Shown here piece after piece: positions 1-8,900 of a stretch of 36,158 bases of DNA. Where the stretch lies: positions 1 to 36,158 of the forward strand of contig SKHJ01000053.1 in the NCBI GenBank assembly GCA_007116965.1. Reading direction: 5' to 3'. Below the pieces are notes generated by a model, which was not told where the DNA came from, made no database searches, and was given only the letters and a program-made list of their open reading frames with translations. Source of the DNA: Candidatus Kaiserbacteria bacterium. GTDB taxonomy: Bacteria; Patescibacteriota; Minisyncoccia; Phycocordibacterales; UBA918. Position 1 is the first letter of the stretch, and each line of letters begins with the position of its first letter. The position numbers were made by a program, and so were the translations under genes.

Positions 1-81
1 CAACAGCAGCGACAACGCTCGCTCTCTGAGGCGGCCGCAGACGAGGCAACCTTACCCTGGGTACGGGTAACGATTGCGGTA

Positions 82-279
82 GTGATCGCCTTCTTGGCAC
101 TTGGTTTTATGTTGTATACGGCGCGCTCGATCTGGCTGTCTGGCATCAGCGCTATTGGTCGTAACCCACGGGCGCGAGGTTCGGTCTGGACGACCGCTAT
201 TTTCAGTACCGTCTTGGTAGTGTTAGTAGCCCTGGTCGCGCTTTTGGTCGCGCTGGGGGTGTTGGTCTTGCCGGTGTAG
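82..279 (+). CDS. atpE: F0 ATP synthase subunit c-like two-helix protein (may start upstream of the window)
   Basis: Hairpin of two hydrophobic helices directly upstream of atpF. The loop 'AIGRNPRARGS' matches the c-subunit polar loop (R-Q/N-P-E-A-R-G-S type). GTG 82 is the first in-window start, and the frame has no stop back to nt 1. Helix 2 has no Asp/Glu and helix 1 lacks the GxGxGxG motif, so the call is tentative. Confidence 0.55.
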   Translation: MIAFLALGFMLYTARSIWLSGISAIGRNPRARGSVWTTAIFSTVLVVLVALVALLVALGVLVLPV

Positions 280-333
280 CGGGGTCTGTGGTTTTCGCGT
301 AAAGCGACCAGCGTGGTGCGGTACAATGAAGGT

Positions 334-1335
334 ATGCTGATCGAACTATCAATCGAGGTGCTTATCATCATCATTAGCCTTTTTGGGTTGCTGGTCGGTG
401 GGTTTGTGGTCCTGCAGCTCTATAACACACGGACCATTCGTCGACTTAGTTCATCGGTCTATGAGCGAATCCGCGCTGAAGCGGAACAGGAGGCACAAGC
501 CATCATTACCAATGCTCACGCTGAAGCCAGTACTATTCTCAGCCAAGCTAAGGATAATCGAGAGCAGTTACTACATATATACGAAGCGCAGTCGACCGAG
601 GCCCGAGAGATCGTTGCCGAAGCGCGGACCCAGGCGGCGACTATCCTGGCTGGCGCCGATGAGGATCGACAGCAGCTCGCTAGTGTCTACCACACGCAGA
701 TCGAACAAGCCAAGCAGATCGTGATGGAAGCAGAGGCGCAGGCGCGAGCCATTGTTGCTAGTGCCAAGGAGCAACGCACGCAGGTGGTTGATGACTACTC
801 AACACAGATCGGTAAGTTACAGAAGGTTTACGAGCAGCGTCTCGCCGAGCATATCGGCAGTTTGACCGAGCACATTGATACCCTACGGGCTTCGCAGACC
901 AAAGAGTTGACCGACGCCAGCGCGCAGTTGTTTGAGTCAATCATTCTCGAGCACGGTAAGATCCGCAAACGTTTCGACAAGGTCTTGAACTTGTTTGAAG
1001 AGACGCAGGGGACGATGGTGGGCGAAGCCAAGCAGGCGGTAGATTCAGTCAAAACGCGGCTGGACGAGACGGCGCAGACGCTCACGGAGCAGTTGCATAC
1101 CTACGACAACACCATCCGTGACACTATCTCAGAACATATCAAGCATACCTACGAGGTTATCGACGGGCAGATGGCGGAGTACCGTGAAGCCCGCGAAGCC
1201 ATTCTTGATCGTCATATTCAGCAGATCGTCGAAGACGTCACTCGCAAGGTGCTTAATAAGCAGTTGACCATTGTCGAGCACGCGGAGCTAGCGCGGGACG
1301 CGCTGGCGCAAGCCAAGAAAGATAACGTTATCTAA
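334..1335 (+). CDS. atpF: F0 ATP synthase subunit b, unusually long (333 aa)
   Basis: N-terminal TM helix (LIELSIEVLIIIISLFGLLVGGFVVL) followed by a long Ala/Glu/Gln-rich helical region. It sits between the c-like and delta genes. ATG 334 is preferred to GTG 313 because it opens directly onto the TM helix. Confidence 0.75.
   Translation: MLIELSIEVLIIIISLFGLLVGGFVVLQLYNTRTIRRLSSSVYERIRAEAEQEAQAIITNAHAEASTILSQAKDNREQLLHIYEAQSTEAREIVAEARTQAATILAGADEDRQQLASVYHTQIEQAKQIVMEAEAQARAIVASAKEQRTQVVDDYSTQIGKLQKVYEQRLAEHIGSLTEHIDTLRASQTKELTDASAQLFESIILEHGKIRKRFDKVLNLFEETQGTMVGEAKQAVDSVKTRLDETAQTLTEQLHTYDNTIRDTISEHIKHTYEVIDGQMAEYREAREAILDRHIQQIVEDVTRKVLNKQLTIVEHAELARDALAQAKKDNVI
484..807 (+). repeat. Three tandem 36-aa (108-nt) coiled-coil repeats inside atpF
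   Basis: The three units are EQEAQAIITNAHAEASTILSQAKDNREQLLHIYEAQ, STEAREIVAEARTQAATILAGADEDRQQLASVYHTQ and IEQAKQIVMEAEAQARAIVASAKEQRTQVVDDYSTQ. Conserved positions are A4, I7, A11, A15, I18, A22, R26, Q28, Y33 and Q36. Confidence 0.8.
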
Positions 1336-1347
1336 TTACACGTATTT

Positions 1348-1866
1348 ATGTTTTCGCTCAAGCGCAATATTCTCGAGTCAAGTACCACCGCCGACCAAGC
1401 TCACCATTTGTTGGCGTTGTGGCAGGAGGTGATGGAACAAGCATTGTACCGAGCTGATACAGCGCAGACATTGTTGCAACGTTGGCGTACGGCTGTCGCA
1501 GACATTGAAAATGAAGGAGATCGCGAGATATTGGAGCAGTGGGATACCGAGTGGCTGACAACCATTGTGCCTGAAGAGTTCCCAGACTTTGCGAGCGAGA
1601 TGCAGCACTGGCTACAACGGGTGCCGACGTTTGTGGTGTACGTACCGGTGGCATTAGATGCGGCAGGTGTCGAGCTACTCCACCGTTGGGTACAGCAAGA
1701 AATGGGCGAGGAATGGCTTTTGGACCTGCGGGTCAGCGCTAATACCCTGGGCGGTTGTGCGTTTATTGCCGATGAACATTGGCACGATTATTCATTGCAC
1801 GGACAGTTGCAGCGTCAACCAGAAGCGGTCCGTGAAGCATTGCGTTCGTATGAGACCAGCACTTGA
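1348..1866 (+). CDS. atpH: F1 ATP synthase subunit delta (OSCP)-like
   Basis: It sits between b and alpha. The C-terminal 'LGGCAFIADEHWHDYSLHGQLQR' fits the delta C-terminal signature (GG..v.v.d...D.S....L). The N-terminal half is not recognisably OSCP-like. Confidence 0.65.
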   Translation: MFSLKRNILESSTTADQAHHLLALWQEVMEQALYRADTAQTLLQRWRTAVADIENEGDREILEQWDTEWLTTIVPEEFPDFASEMQHWLQRVPTFVVYVPVALDAAGVELLHRWVQQEMGEEWLLDLRVSANTLGGCAFIADEHWHDYSLHGQLQRQPEAVREALRSYETST

Positions 1867-3316
1867 TCGTAGCACTGAGACGGGCGTGGTCGTTAAGGCC
1901 AAGCGGTACCTCTTGACCATCGCTGGCCTACCGTCAGCTCGGGTCAACGATATCTTGCTTGATGAGAAAGATCAGTATGCTATCGTGCGCGCCCTCAGCG
2001 ACGAGTATGTCTACGCCCTGGCGCTCACTAGTGTCTCACAACCAGGTGACCGCTACCGCTTCGCGGCTGATACCAAACTGTACTCAGGGGGCGACCATCT
2101 CTTTGGTCGCGTGATCGATACGTTGGGTCGGCCGGTGGATAATCGTGGCTCATTTCCACCCCCAAACGTTGCGTTCAAGCTAGAAGTAGAAGCGCCTGGG
2201 ATTGAGGTGCGCCGTCACATTCACGAACAACTGCAAACTGGTATCACTACCGTCGATACCTTGATACCAATCGCAAAAGGGCAACGCCAGCTGGTCTTTG
2301 GACCGATGCGGAGCGGTAAATCGACCTTCTTGACCCAGACGGTGCGGGAGCAGGCGGCGGCTGGTACGGTCTGTATCTACGCCGTCATCGGTAAGCCGAT
2401 CACTGGCTTACGTAAGATCACTGACAGTATTATCAAGGACGCGTCGCCTGAGAGTAAGGTGGTCGTGCTGGCGGCGGTTTCGGACGAACCAGCCTCGGTA
2501 ATCGCGCTGGCCCCGTCGGTGGCTTTTTTGTTGGCTGAGTATTTTCAAAGTCAAGGTGAGGATGTGTTGGTGGTTCTCGATGACCTTGACGCCCATGCCA
2601 AGTATTTACGTGAGATCGCCTTGCTCGAAGGTCGACTGCCCAGCACCGAGTCTTATCCTGGCGATATCTTCTACCAGCACGCTCACTTGATGGAGCGGTC
2701 GGGTCACTTCACTGACGAGATCGGTGGCGGATCTATCACGGCCTTGCCGGTCATTCAGACCGATCTCAAGAATTTCTCTGACCTCATTCCCACCAACGTG
2801 ATGGCCTGTACCGACGGACACCTTTCATTCTCCCCAACGATGCGGGCCCAAGGCGTGTATCCATCTATCAATATTCCAGAATCGGTGACCCGGGTCGGGC
2901 GACAAGCACAAGCACGACTCCAGAAGCAGGCGACCAGGCGGGTGTTGCGTCTCCTGGGGCAGTACCGGGCGCAACAAGAGTACGCGAAGTTTAGTTCTGA
3001 TCTGAACGAACAGGCACAACAGTTACTCCAGACTGGTGCTATTATCGAAACGCTCCTACAACAACCGCCATACGAAGGTATCGATCGGGCGGTACAGGTG
3101 ATAGCAATTGGCTTGGTCTTTTCCGGTTTCTTCGACACTATGGATGCACGGGTTGTACAAGAACGAAGAGCAGCCTTGTTGCAAGGACTGAGCGAGGATG
3201 ACGCCCTGAGTGCCTTACGGGAGACGGTAATGACCGAGCAATGGACTTGGGAGCAATTTGTTACCGAGCTCCAGAGTCACCACGACGCCATCAAGACCTA
3301 TGTCAGTGATCCGTGA
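1850..3316 (+). CDS. atpA: F1 ATP synthase subunit alpha (divergent)
   Basis: Colinear alpha motifs: GRVIDTLGRPVDNRG, P-loop GPMRSGKST, LVVLDDL, SYPGDIFYQHAHLMER, SITALPVIQT, IPTNVMACTDGHL, SVTRVG. The start is set at ATG 1850, giving a 17-nt overlap with atpH. The tracked ORF start at 1658 would overlap atpH by 209 nt and encodes Cys-rich nonsense. Confidence 0.9.
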   Translation: MRPALDRSTETGVVVKAKRYLLTIAGLPSARVNDILLDEKDQYAIVRALSDEYVYALALTSVSQPGDRYRFAADTKLYSGGDHLFGRVIDTLGRPVDNRGSFPPPNVAFKLEVEAPGIEVRRHIHEQLQTGITTVDTLIPIAKGQRQLVFGPMRSGKSTFLTQTVREQAAAGTVCIYAVIGKPITGLRKITDSIIKDASPESKVVVLAAVSDEPASVIALAPSVAFLLAEYFQSQGEDVLVVLDDLDAHAKYLREIALLEGRLPSTESYPGDIFYQHAHLMERSGHFTDEIGGGSITALPVIQTDLKNFSDLIPTNVMACTDGHLSFSPTMRAQGVYPSINIPESVTRVGRQAQARLQKQATRRVLRLLGQYRAQQEYAKFSSDLNEQAQQLLQTGAIIETLLQQPPYEGIDRAVQVIAIGLVFSGFFDTMDARVVQERRAALLQGLSEDDALSALRETVMTEQWTWEQFVTELQSHHDAIKTYVSDP

Positions 3317-4145
3317 GTTACAAGAACAGTTGCAACAGACTGAGACGACCAAGTTCGTCACGACGATGTTGCGTGATATCAGCGCCACTCGACTGCAAGC
3401 CATTCGGGCTGAGTTTGAGGCCAATACCGCGTATTATAGCGAACTCCACCAATTGATGAATCTGATCAAACGCTACGCGGCCGAGGCGGGGGTGTCACTC
3501 GAGCTGGGCGCAGGACCACGACGGGTCTACGTGGCCCTGACGGCCAATCGACGCTTCTATGGTCATCTCAATACCGATGTGATGAAGTTGTTGCACGAAC
3601 GGTTGGCGACTGAGACCGACGCGGCTGGGTACGTCATCGGCCAGACCGGTCAGCAGTACGTGGAAGCGGATGGGGCACAGTGGCCAGTATTACCCACCGT
3701 CGCGCTGTTCGCTAACGATATCCCCGAACCAGCTGAAGTTCGTTCAGTAATTGCGGCACTCCGCACGTATACTGAAGTGATGGTCATTCATCCGAGCTAT
3801 ATCAATTCCTTCAGACAAGAGGCAGTGGTGACTGATATCACCCACCAACCAGCTTTACATAGTAGTCATGAACGGCCGACGGTCGATTATCTATTCGAGC
3901 CAGACTTACCGGCCCTGCTACACTTCTTCCGTGAGCAAGTGCGTGCAGTTCTCTTTCAACGGGTGCTTTTGGAGACGCGGCTCGCTTTTACTGGCGCGCG
4001 TTTGATGAAGATGCAGCGGGCTCGGGAGCGGGCCGCCGAGTTGGTTCGTCAGGAGCGTCGTACCATTCATAAACAGATCAGTACGATTCAGAGTATGCGC
4101 CTACTGGAGACCTTTACTGGCTTTCATTCCGATCGCACGTTATGA
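3300..4145 (+). CDS. atpG: F1 ATP synthase subunit gamma
   Basis: It sits between alpha and beta. The N-terminal helix 'IRELQEQLQQTETTKFVTTMLRDISATRL' and C-terminal helix 'GARLMKMQRARERAAELV...IHKQISTIQSMRLLE' match the gamma pattern. ATG 3300 overlaps the atpA stop by 17 nt. Confidence 0.85.
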   Translation: MSVIRELQEQLQQTETTKFVTTMLRDISATRLQAIRAEFEANTAYYSELHQLMNLIKRYAAEAGVSLELGAGPRRVYVALTANRRFYGHLNTDVMKLLHERLATETDAAGYVIGQTGQQYVEADGAQWPVLPTVALFANDIPEPAEVRSVIAALRTYTEVMVIHPSYINSFRQEAVVTDITHQPALHSSHERPTVDYLFEPDLPALLHFFREQVRAVLFQRVLLETRLAFTGARLMKMQRARERAAELVRQERRTIHKQISTIQSMRLLETFTGFHSDRTL

Positions 4146-5566
4146 GCAAGCAGCACCAACACAAACCCAAGTCCCCGGAGACCACTGATCGTACGATTGG
4201 GCAGATTCGTGGCGTGTTGGGACAGATCGTGCATATCCACTGCACCGAATCGTACCGACCAGCGCTACGCGAACTCTTGAGTACGACGGAATATCCCGAG
4301 GTGCGTTTGGAAGCGTACGCATACGATGGTCCGCACACACTGTATTGCTTGTTGTTGACTGACGTTGATCAAATCGAGCGCGGTCTGCATGTGGTTTCAA
4401 CCGGTACTCAGATCACTATCCCGGTCGGGCAGGCGGCCTTGGGTCGGGTGATGGATCTCTACGGCGAGGCGATCGATGGAGGGTCACCACTTACCACCGA
4501 CGAGACGCGAACTGTGTACCGGAGTCAGACAATGACTCAGGGTATGCGCGTGGTGCGACCAGCCGAAGTGCTTGATACTGGCATCAAGGCCATTGATTTC
4601 TTTACACCCTTACTGCGGGGCGGCAAGATGGCCTTGGTCGGGGGAGCGGGAGTGGGTAAGACCACCTTGCAGGAGGAGATATTGCGCAATGTGGTCTACG
4701 GTGGTAGTGGCGTGTCGGTCTTTGCTGGGATCGGAGAGCGTATTCGAGAAGGACATGATCTGTGGTCGTCACTCAAGGAACATAATGTGCTTGATCGAAC
4801 GGCGCTTATCTTTGGACACATCAACAAGAACGCGGCGGTTCGTACGCTGACTGCGGCCTCAGCCGCAACCCTGGTCGAGTATTTTCGTGATGAGGCTAAA
4901 CAGGACGTCCTTTTCTTTGTTGATAATGTCTTTCGTTTCTTGCAGGCGGGGAGTGAGCTTTCGACGCTTTTGAGTGAATTGCCCTCGGAGTTCGGGTATC
5001 AGCCGACCTTGCAGTCAGAGATCGCGCAGTTTGAGAACCGACTGTATTCGACCGAGGACGCTTTCGTGACTTCGGTGCAGACGGTCTATGTACCAGCTGA
5101 TGAGTTTGGTAATCCGGCCGTGGCGGCCACTATGCCACATATGGACGCGGTGGTGGTACTCTCGCGGGAGATGACCCACGACGGCAGGTATCCGGCTATT
5201 GATCCCTTTACTTCGACCTCGAGCGCCCTCAACCCAGCGATGGTCGGCAGCGGACATTATCTGGCGGCCACTACCGCGGTCGAGATGTTGCAACAGTACA
5301 AACAGTTGGTGCGCATCGTCTCGATCGTGGGGGAGGAAGAGCTCTCTATCGAGAACCAGAAGCGATACTCGCGAGCGCAAAAATTACTCAATTATATGAC
5401 GCAGTCGTTTATCTCAACTGCGGTCGAAACGGGGCGGGAGGGGGTAAAGGTAACCCGAGCCACCGTGGTGGCTGATGTCCAGGCCATTTTGGGTGGGGTG
5501 GTCGATCGCGTGCCGGCTGATGAGTTCCTTTATATTAGCGATTTGAAGACGGCCGGACTCATATAG
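4142..5566 (+). CDS. atpD: F1 ATP synthase subunit beta
   Basis: Walker A GGAGVGKTT, then GIGERIREGHDLW, DVLFFVDNVFRF, FGYQPTL, TVYVPADEF and GRYPAIDP. ATGA overlap with atpG. Confidence 0.95.
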   Translation: MSKQHQHKPKSPETTDRTIGQIRGVLGQIVHIHCTESYRPALRELLSTTEYPEVRLEAYAYDGPHTLYCLLLTDVDQIERGLHVVSTGTQITIPVGQAALGRVMDLYGEAIDGGSPLTTDETRTVYRSQTMTQGMRVVRPAEVLDTGIKAIDFFTPLLRGGKMALVGGAGVGKTTLQEEILRNVVYGGSGVSVFAGIGERIREGHDLWSSLKEHNVLDRTALIFGHINKNAAVRTLTAASAATLVEYFRDEAKQDVLFFVDNVFRFLQAGSELSTLLSELPSEFGYQPTLQSEIAQFENRLYSTEDAFVTSVQTVYVPADEFGNPAVAATMPHMDAVVVLSREMTHDGRYPAIDPFTSTSSALNPAMVGSGHYLAATTAVEMLQQYKQLVRIVSIVGEEELSIENQKRYSRAQKLLNYMTQSFISTAVETGREGVKVTRATVVADVQAILGGVVDRVPADEFLYISDLKTAGLI

Positions 5567-5570
5567 GCAT

Positions 5571-5906
5571 ATGAATGAGCAGCGATTGACAATGAGTATC
5601 CAAGCCCCAGCCGGAGTGATCTGGGAAGGTGAGATACGGTCGCTCCGTTCACACAACCAAGAGGGTCCGTTTACTATTTTGCCCGACCACGCCAACTTTA
5701 TGACGCCACTTCATCAGGCCGAGCTCATCGTAACCTTTGCTGACGGAGTGGAACGAAGTTATACCTACGAAGAATCGGTCTTGTTCTTAGAAGATAACCA
5801 TATTCGCCTGTATGTGCACGAAGAACCAGGTTTGCGACAGACGGCGTCAGCGGAAGTTGCTACTGAGTCGGTAGTGGCCACCGATGAGACAGAAACAACG
5901 TCATAA
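5571..5906 (+). CDS. atpC: F1 ATP synthase subunit epsilon (short, 111 aa)
   Basis: Last gene of the operon. It carries the beta-sandwich motif 'QEGPFTILPDHANFMTPL'. The C-terminus is an acidic Ser/Thr tail rather than the usual two-helix hairpin. Confidence 0.8.
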   Translation: MNEQRLTMSIQAPAGVIWEGEIRSLRSHNQEGPFTILPDHANFMTPLHQAELIVTFADGVERSYTYEESVLFLEDNHIRLYVHEEPGLRQTASAEVATESVVATDETETTS

Positions 5907-5986
5907 ATACTGTGTAGACAAGCAATTTCGCCACGACGGTTATGCTACACTGAAGATGTCTGACCAGCCGTCAGGCGACTTTGAGT

Positions 5987-8900
5987 ATGCGCATACGTGG
6001 AGGACCGAAAAGCTGGAGTAAACGCCTAGAAAGCATAGTGCATATAACGGTGGCTGTTTTGACGGTGACGATGTTTGCCTATTCGGCGGGTGTGCGTGTT
6101 GACCTGGAACGTTTAAATGCTGTTACGCAGGTGGCACAGATCGGCAGTGCGCTGCCGACAGAGACCACCGGGCTGACACCTGAGAGTGAGTCACAGAGCC
6201 GCTGGTATGAACCGATTACGACACAAGTGCGGCACGTCTGGTCGGTAGTGGGAGAGACGTGGTACTTGGTACGGACCGGGGCGGTGTTTCAGTTGGCGCA
6301 GGTAGGAACGTCAGTGCCGGAGGGTGAGGCGGCCGCAGCTGCGCTGCGGCCGCCAGGTAGTTGGCCACTGCAGCCTGCCACCGATCCGTCGGCAGGCACT
6401 TTGATCGTCAACACGCCACTACTGGTTGATAACACCCTGACGGTCATTGGTACCAGCTCGTTGGCCACAACCACGCTGGGCGGTCCGTTGGGCGCACTCG
6501 ATGCTTCATTTACTAACGTCAGTATTGACGGCACGCTTACCATCGACACGCTGACGGCCGCGGCGGTGACGGCAGGCACGGTCGGTGCTACCGCTATTGA
6601 TACTGCCACACTAGGCGCGACAACGGTCGAAACAGCCGATTTGGGCGTTCTTAATCTCGCTACCATTGCCGAGCTGATCGTTGATAGCGCAGCTAGTCTT
6701 GGTTCGTTGCAAGTGTTGGGTGCGAGTGAGGTCACTACCTTATTGGCTACCGGTGTTTTGACGGCCCAGGGAGGTATGGTGACGCAAGGAGCTGATATCG
6801 ATGCTGGTGAAGGTGAGATCTTTGCTAGTAATATCGTTAATGAGATTGTCGCCGGGGAGAACGTGACTATCACCGGTACCCAGAATGTGCCGATCATCTC
6901 AGTCAGTGCGGATGATCTGGTTGGCGTACTCAGTCTAAATGGTCAAAGTGGTGACCTGGATCTGGTGGGCGGGGTAGATATCACTATTAGTGGTTTGACC
7001 ATCAGTAGTAATGCTACGTTGGCGACCGTACGGTCCCGTGGTGGTTGTGTCGACTGCATCACCGATGGCGATGTGCGGGCCGACCTGACCATCAGTGGCG
7101 GTACTATCAACGGCACCCCAATCGGCCTGACGACACCCAGTAGCGCGGCGTTTACTACCGTGGCTGTCGGTACCACTACCAGCTCAACAACCCTCACCGT
7201 TGGGGGTGGTTTAGAGGTGAGCGAACGGATCTTGATGACAGGTAGTGCCACCTCGACTTTCTTTGGTAGCGTTAATCTCGAGAGCGGTTGTTTTGCTATC
7301 GGTGGGGTGTGTATTGAAGGGGTAGAACCGTCGAGTTACGTGGGACTAAATGATACACCGGCCGGCTTGACCAACAACGCTCTGCAGTTTGCGAACGCGA
7401 GCGGTACCGCCTTGACCCAATCAGCCAACTTGGTCTTTGCTGACGGCCGGCTCGGAGTCGGAACAGCTACCCCAGAGCGAACACTGACCGTGGTAGGGGA
7501 TACCTTACTCTCCGGCGCGTTGCGCGTAGAGAGTAGTACCAGCTCGCAATTTGTGGGTGGTATCAACGTGACTGGTGGCTGCGTGTCGGTGGATGGGGTG
7601 TGTCTCGTCGGTGGAGTTAATCGTTTAGCTGATCTGACCGATGTGACCGTGGTGGCTACCAGTACTGGAGACATACTGCTGTTTGACGGATCAGACTGGA
7701 CCAATGTGCCGACCTCTAGCTTAGGCCTGGGTGATGGACGGTTTCGTGGGTTATCAGATACTCCCGACTTGTTTACGCCGAGTGCCATCTCCTTTGTCAA
7801 CGCTGGCGGTTCGGCTTTGACGCAGGACAGTGAGTTTATCTACAGCGGCGGTCAGCTCGGAGTAGGGACGAGTGACTTGCGGACAACGTTGACGGTCGGG
7901 GGTGATATCAGCGTGCTCGGTGCGGAGGCACTACGGTGGTACGACAGTGATAGCACCCACTACGTTGGCTTTCGAGCTCCAAGTACGTTGACAGGTTCGA
8001 CCGTTTGGACCTTGCCGGCGAGTGACGGTAGCGCCAACCAACTTCTGGTGACCGATGGCGCTGGTAATTTATTCTTTGATGACCTTAGTGCGCTGGGTGG
8101 TGGCGCTAACCGCTATGTTGAATTGACCGACACCCCGGGCGCCTTTGTTGGCGCCGGAGTGATCCCGTTTGTCAACGCGACGAGCTCTGCCTTGACCCAA
8201 GCGAGCACCTTTGTCTTTCGAGAAGGGCGGCTGGGGGTGGGTGTAAATGACCCCGGACAGACTTTGACTGTACAGGGAGATATACGCTTCCAACCCAATG
8301 CCCAGGACATCGGAATGGTGTACTCGACCAGTGGCAATCGGTTTGGTTTTGGTACACCCAGCATCAGCGACAATCGTATTGCGTTACGGGGCTCACTAAC
8401 CCAATTCGGAGGAGTACAGGGTGATCCTTACGAGCTTGTTCCGCGTGGATCGGTGACAACTTTACCTGCCCGAGTAAACGACATTGTAGTGGTCGGTAAT
8501 CTGGCCTACGCGGTGACCGATTCGGCCAACAATGACTTCCATATCATTGACGTCACTAATCCAGATAATCCGGTCGAGATCGGCCAACTTGACCTACCTT
8601 TGAACGCTAACGGTCGGGCCGTGACTATCCTTGGCCAGTATGCGTACGTGGTGTCGACTTCACAGGGTGATGATTTTCATGTCATCAATGTTAGTGATCC
8701 TACGGACCCAGAGATCGTGAACTCACTACCGTTACCGACGATACTACCAACATCTGTTAATGATGTAGCAATTAAGGGCAACTACGCCTATGTGGTCGCC
8801 AACCGCACGACTGATGCAGCCGATAGACAATTCTTTGTTATTGATATTACCGATCCGACGCAGCCATCGTTCGTAAACGAGCTATTTCTGGCTGACTCTG

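Noticed and set aside
383-1085. Alternative-frame and antisense ORFs within atpF (383-724 +, 571-774 -, 758-940 -, 828-1085 -)
   Set aside because: They are embedded in the repetitive coiled-coil coding region. Their translations are Arg/Ser-rich with no recognisable features.
1658-1849. Long N-terminal extension of the atpA ORF (tracked start at 1658)
   Set aside because: It overlaps atpH by about 200 nt in another frame. It translates to a Cys/Trp/Ser-rich sequence with no alpha-subunit similarity. ATG 1850 gives a compact 17-nt overlap that mirrors the atpA/atpG junction.
5915-5950. TAGACA ... TATGCT/TACACT as a promoter for the giant gene
   Set aside because: The spacer is 20 nt or more, outside the functional range. 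No extended -10 TG is present.
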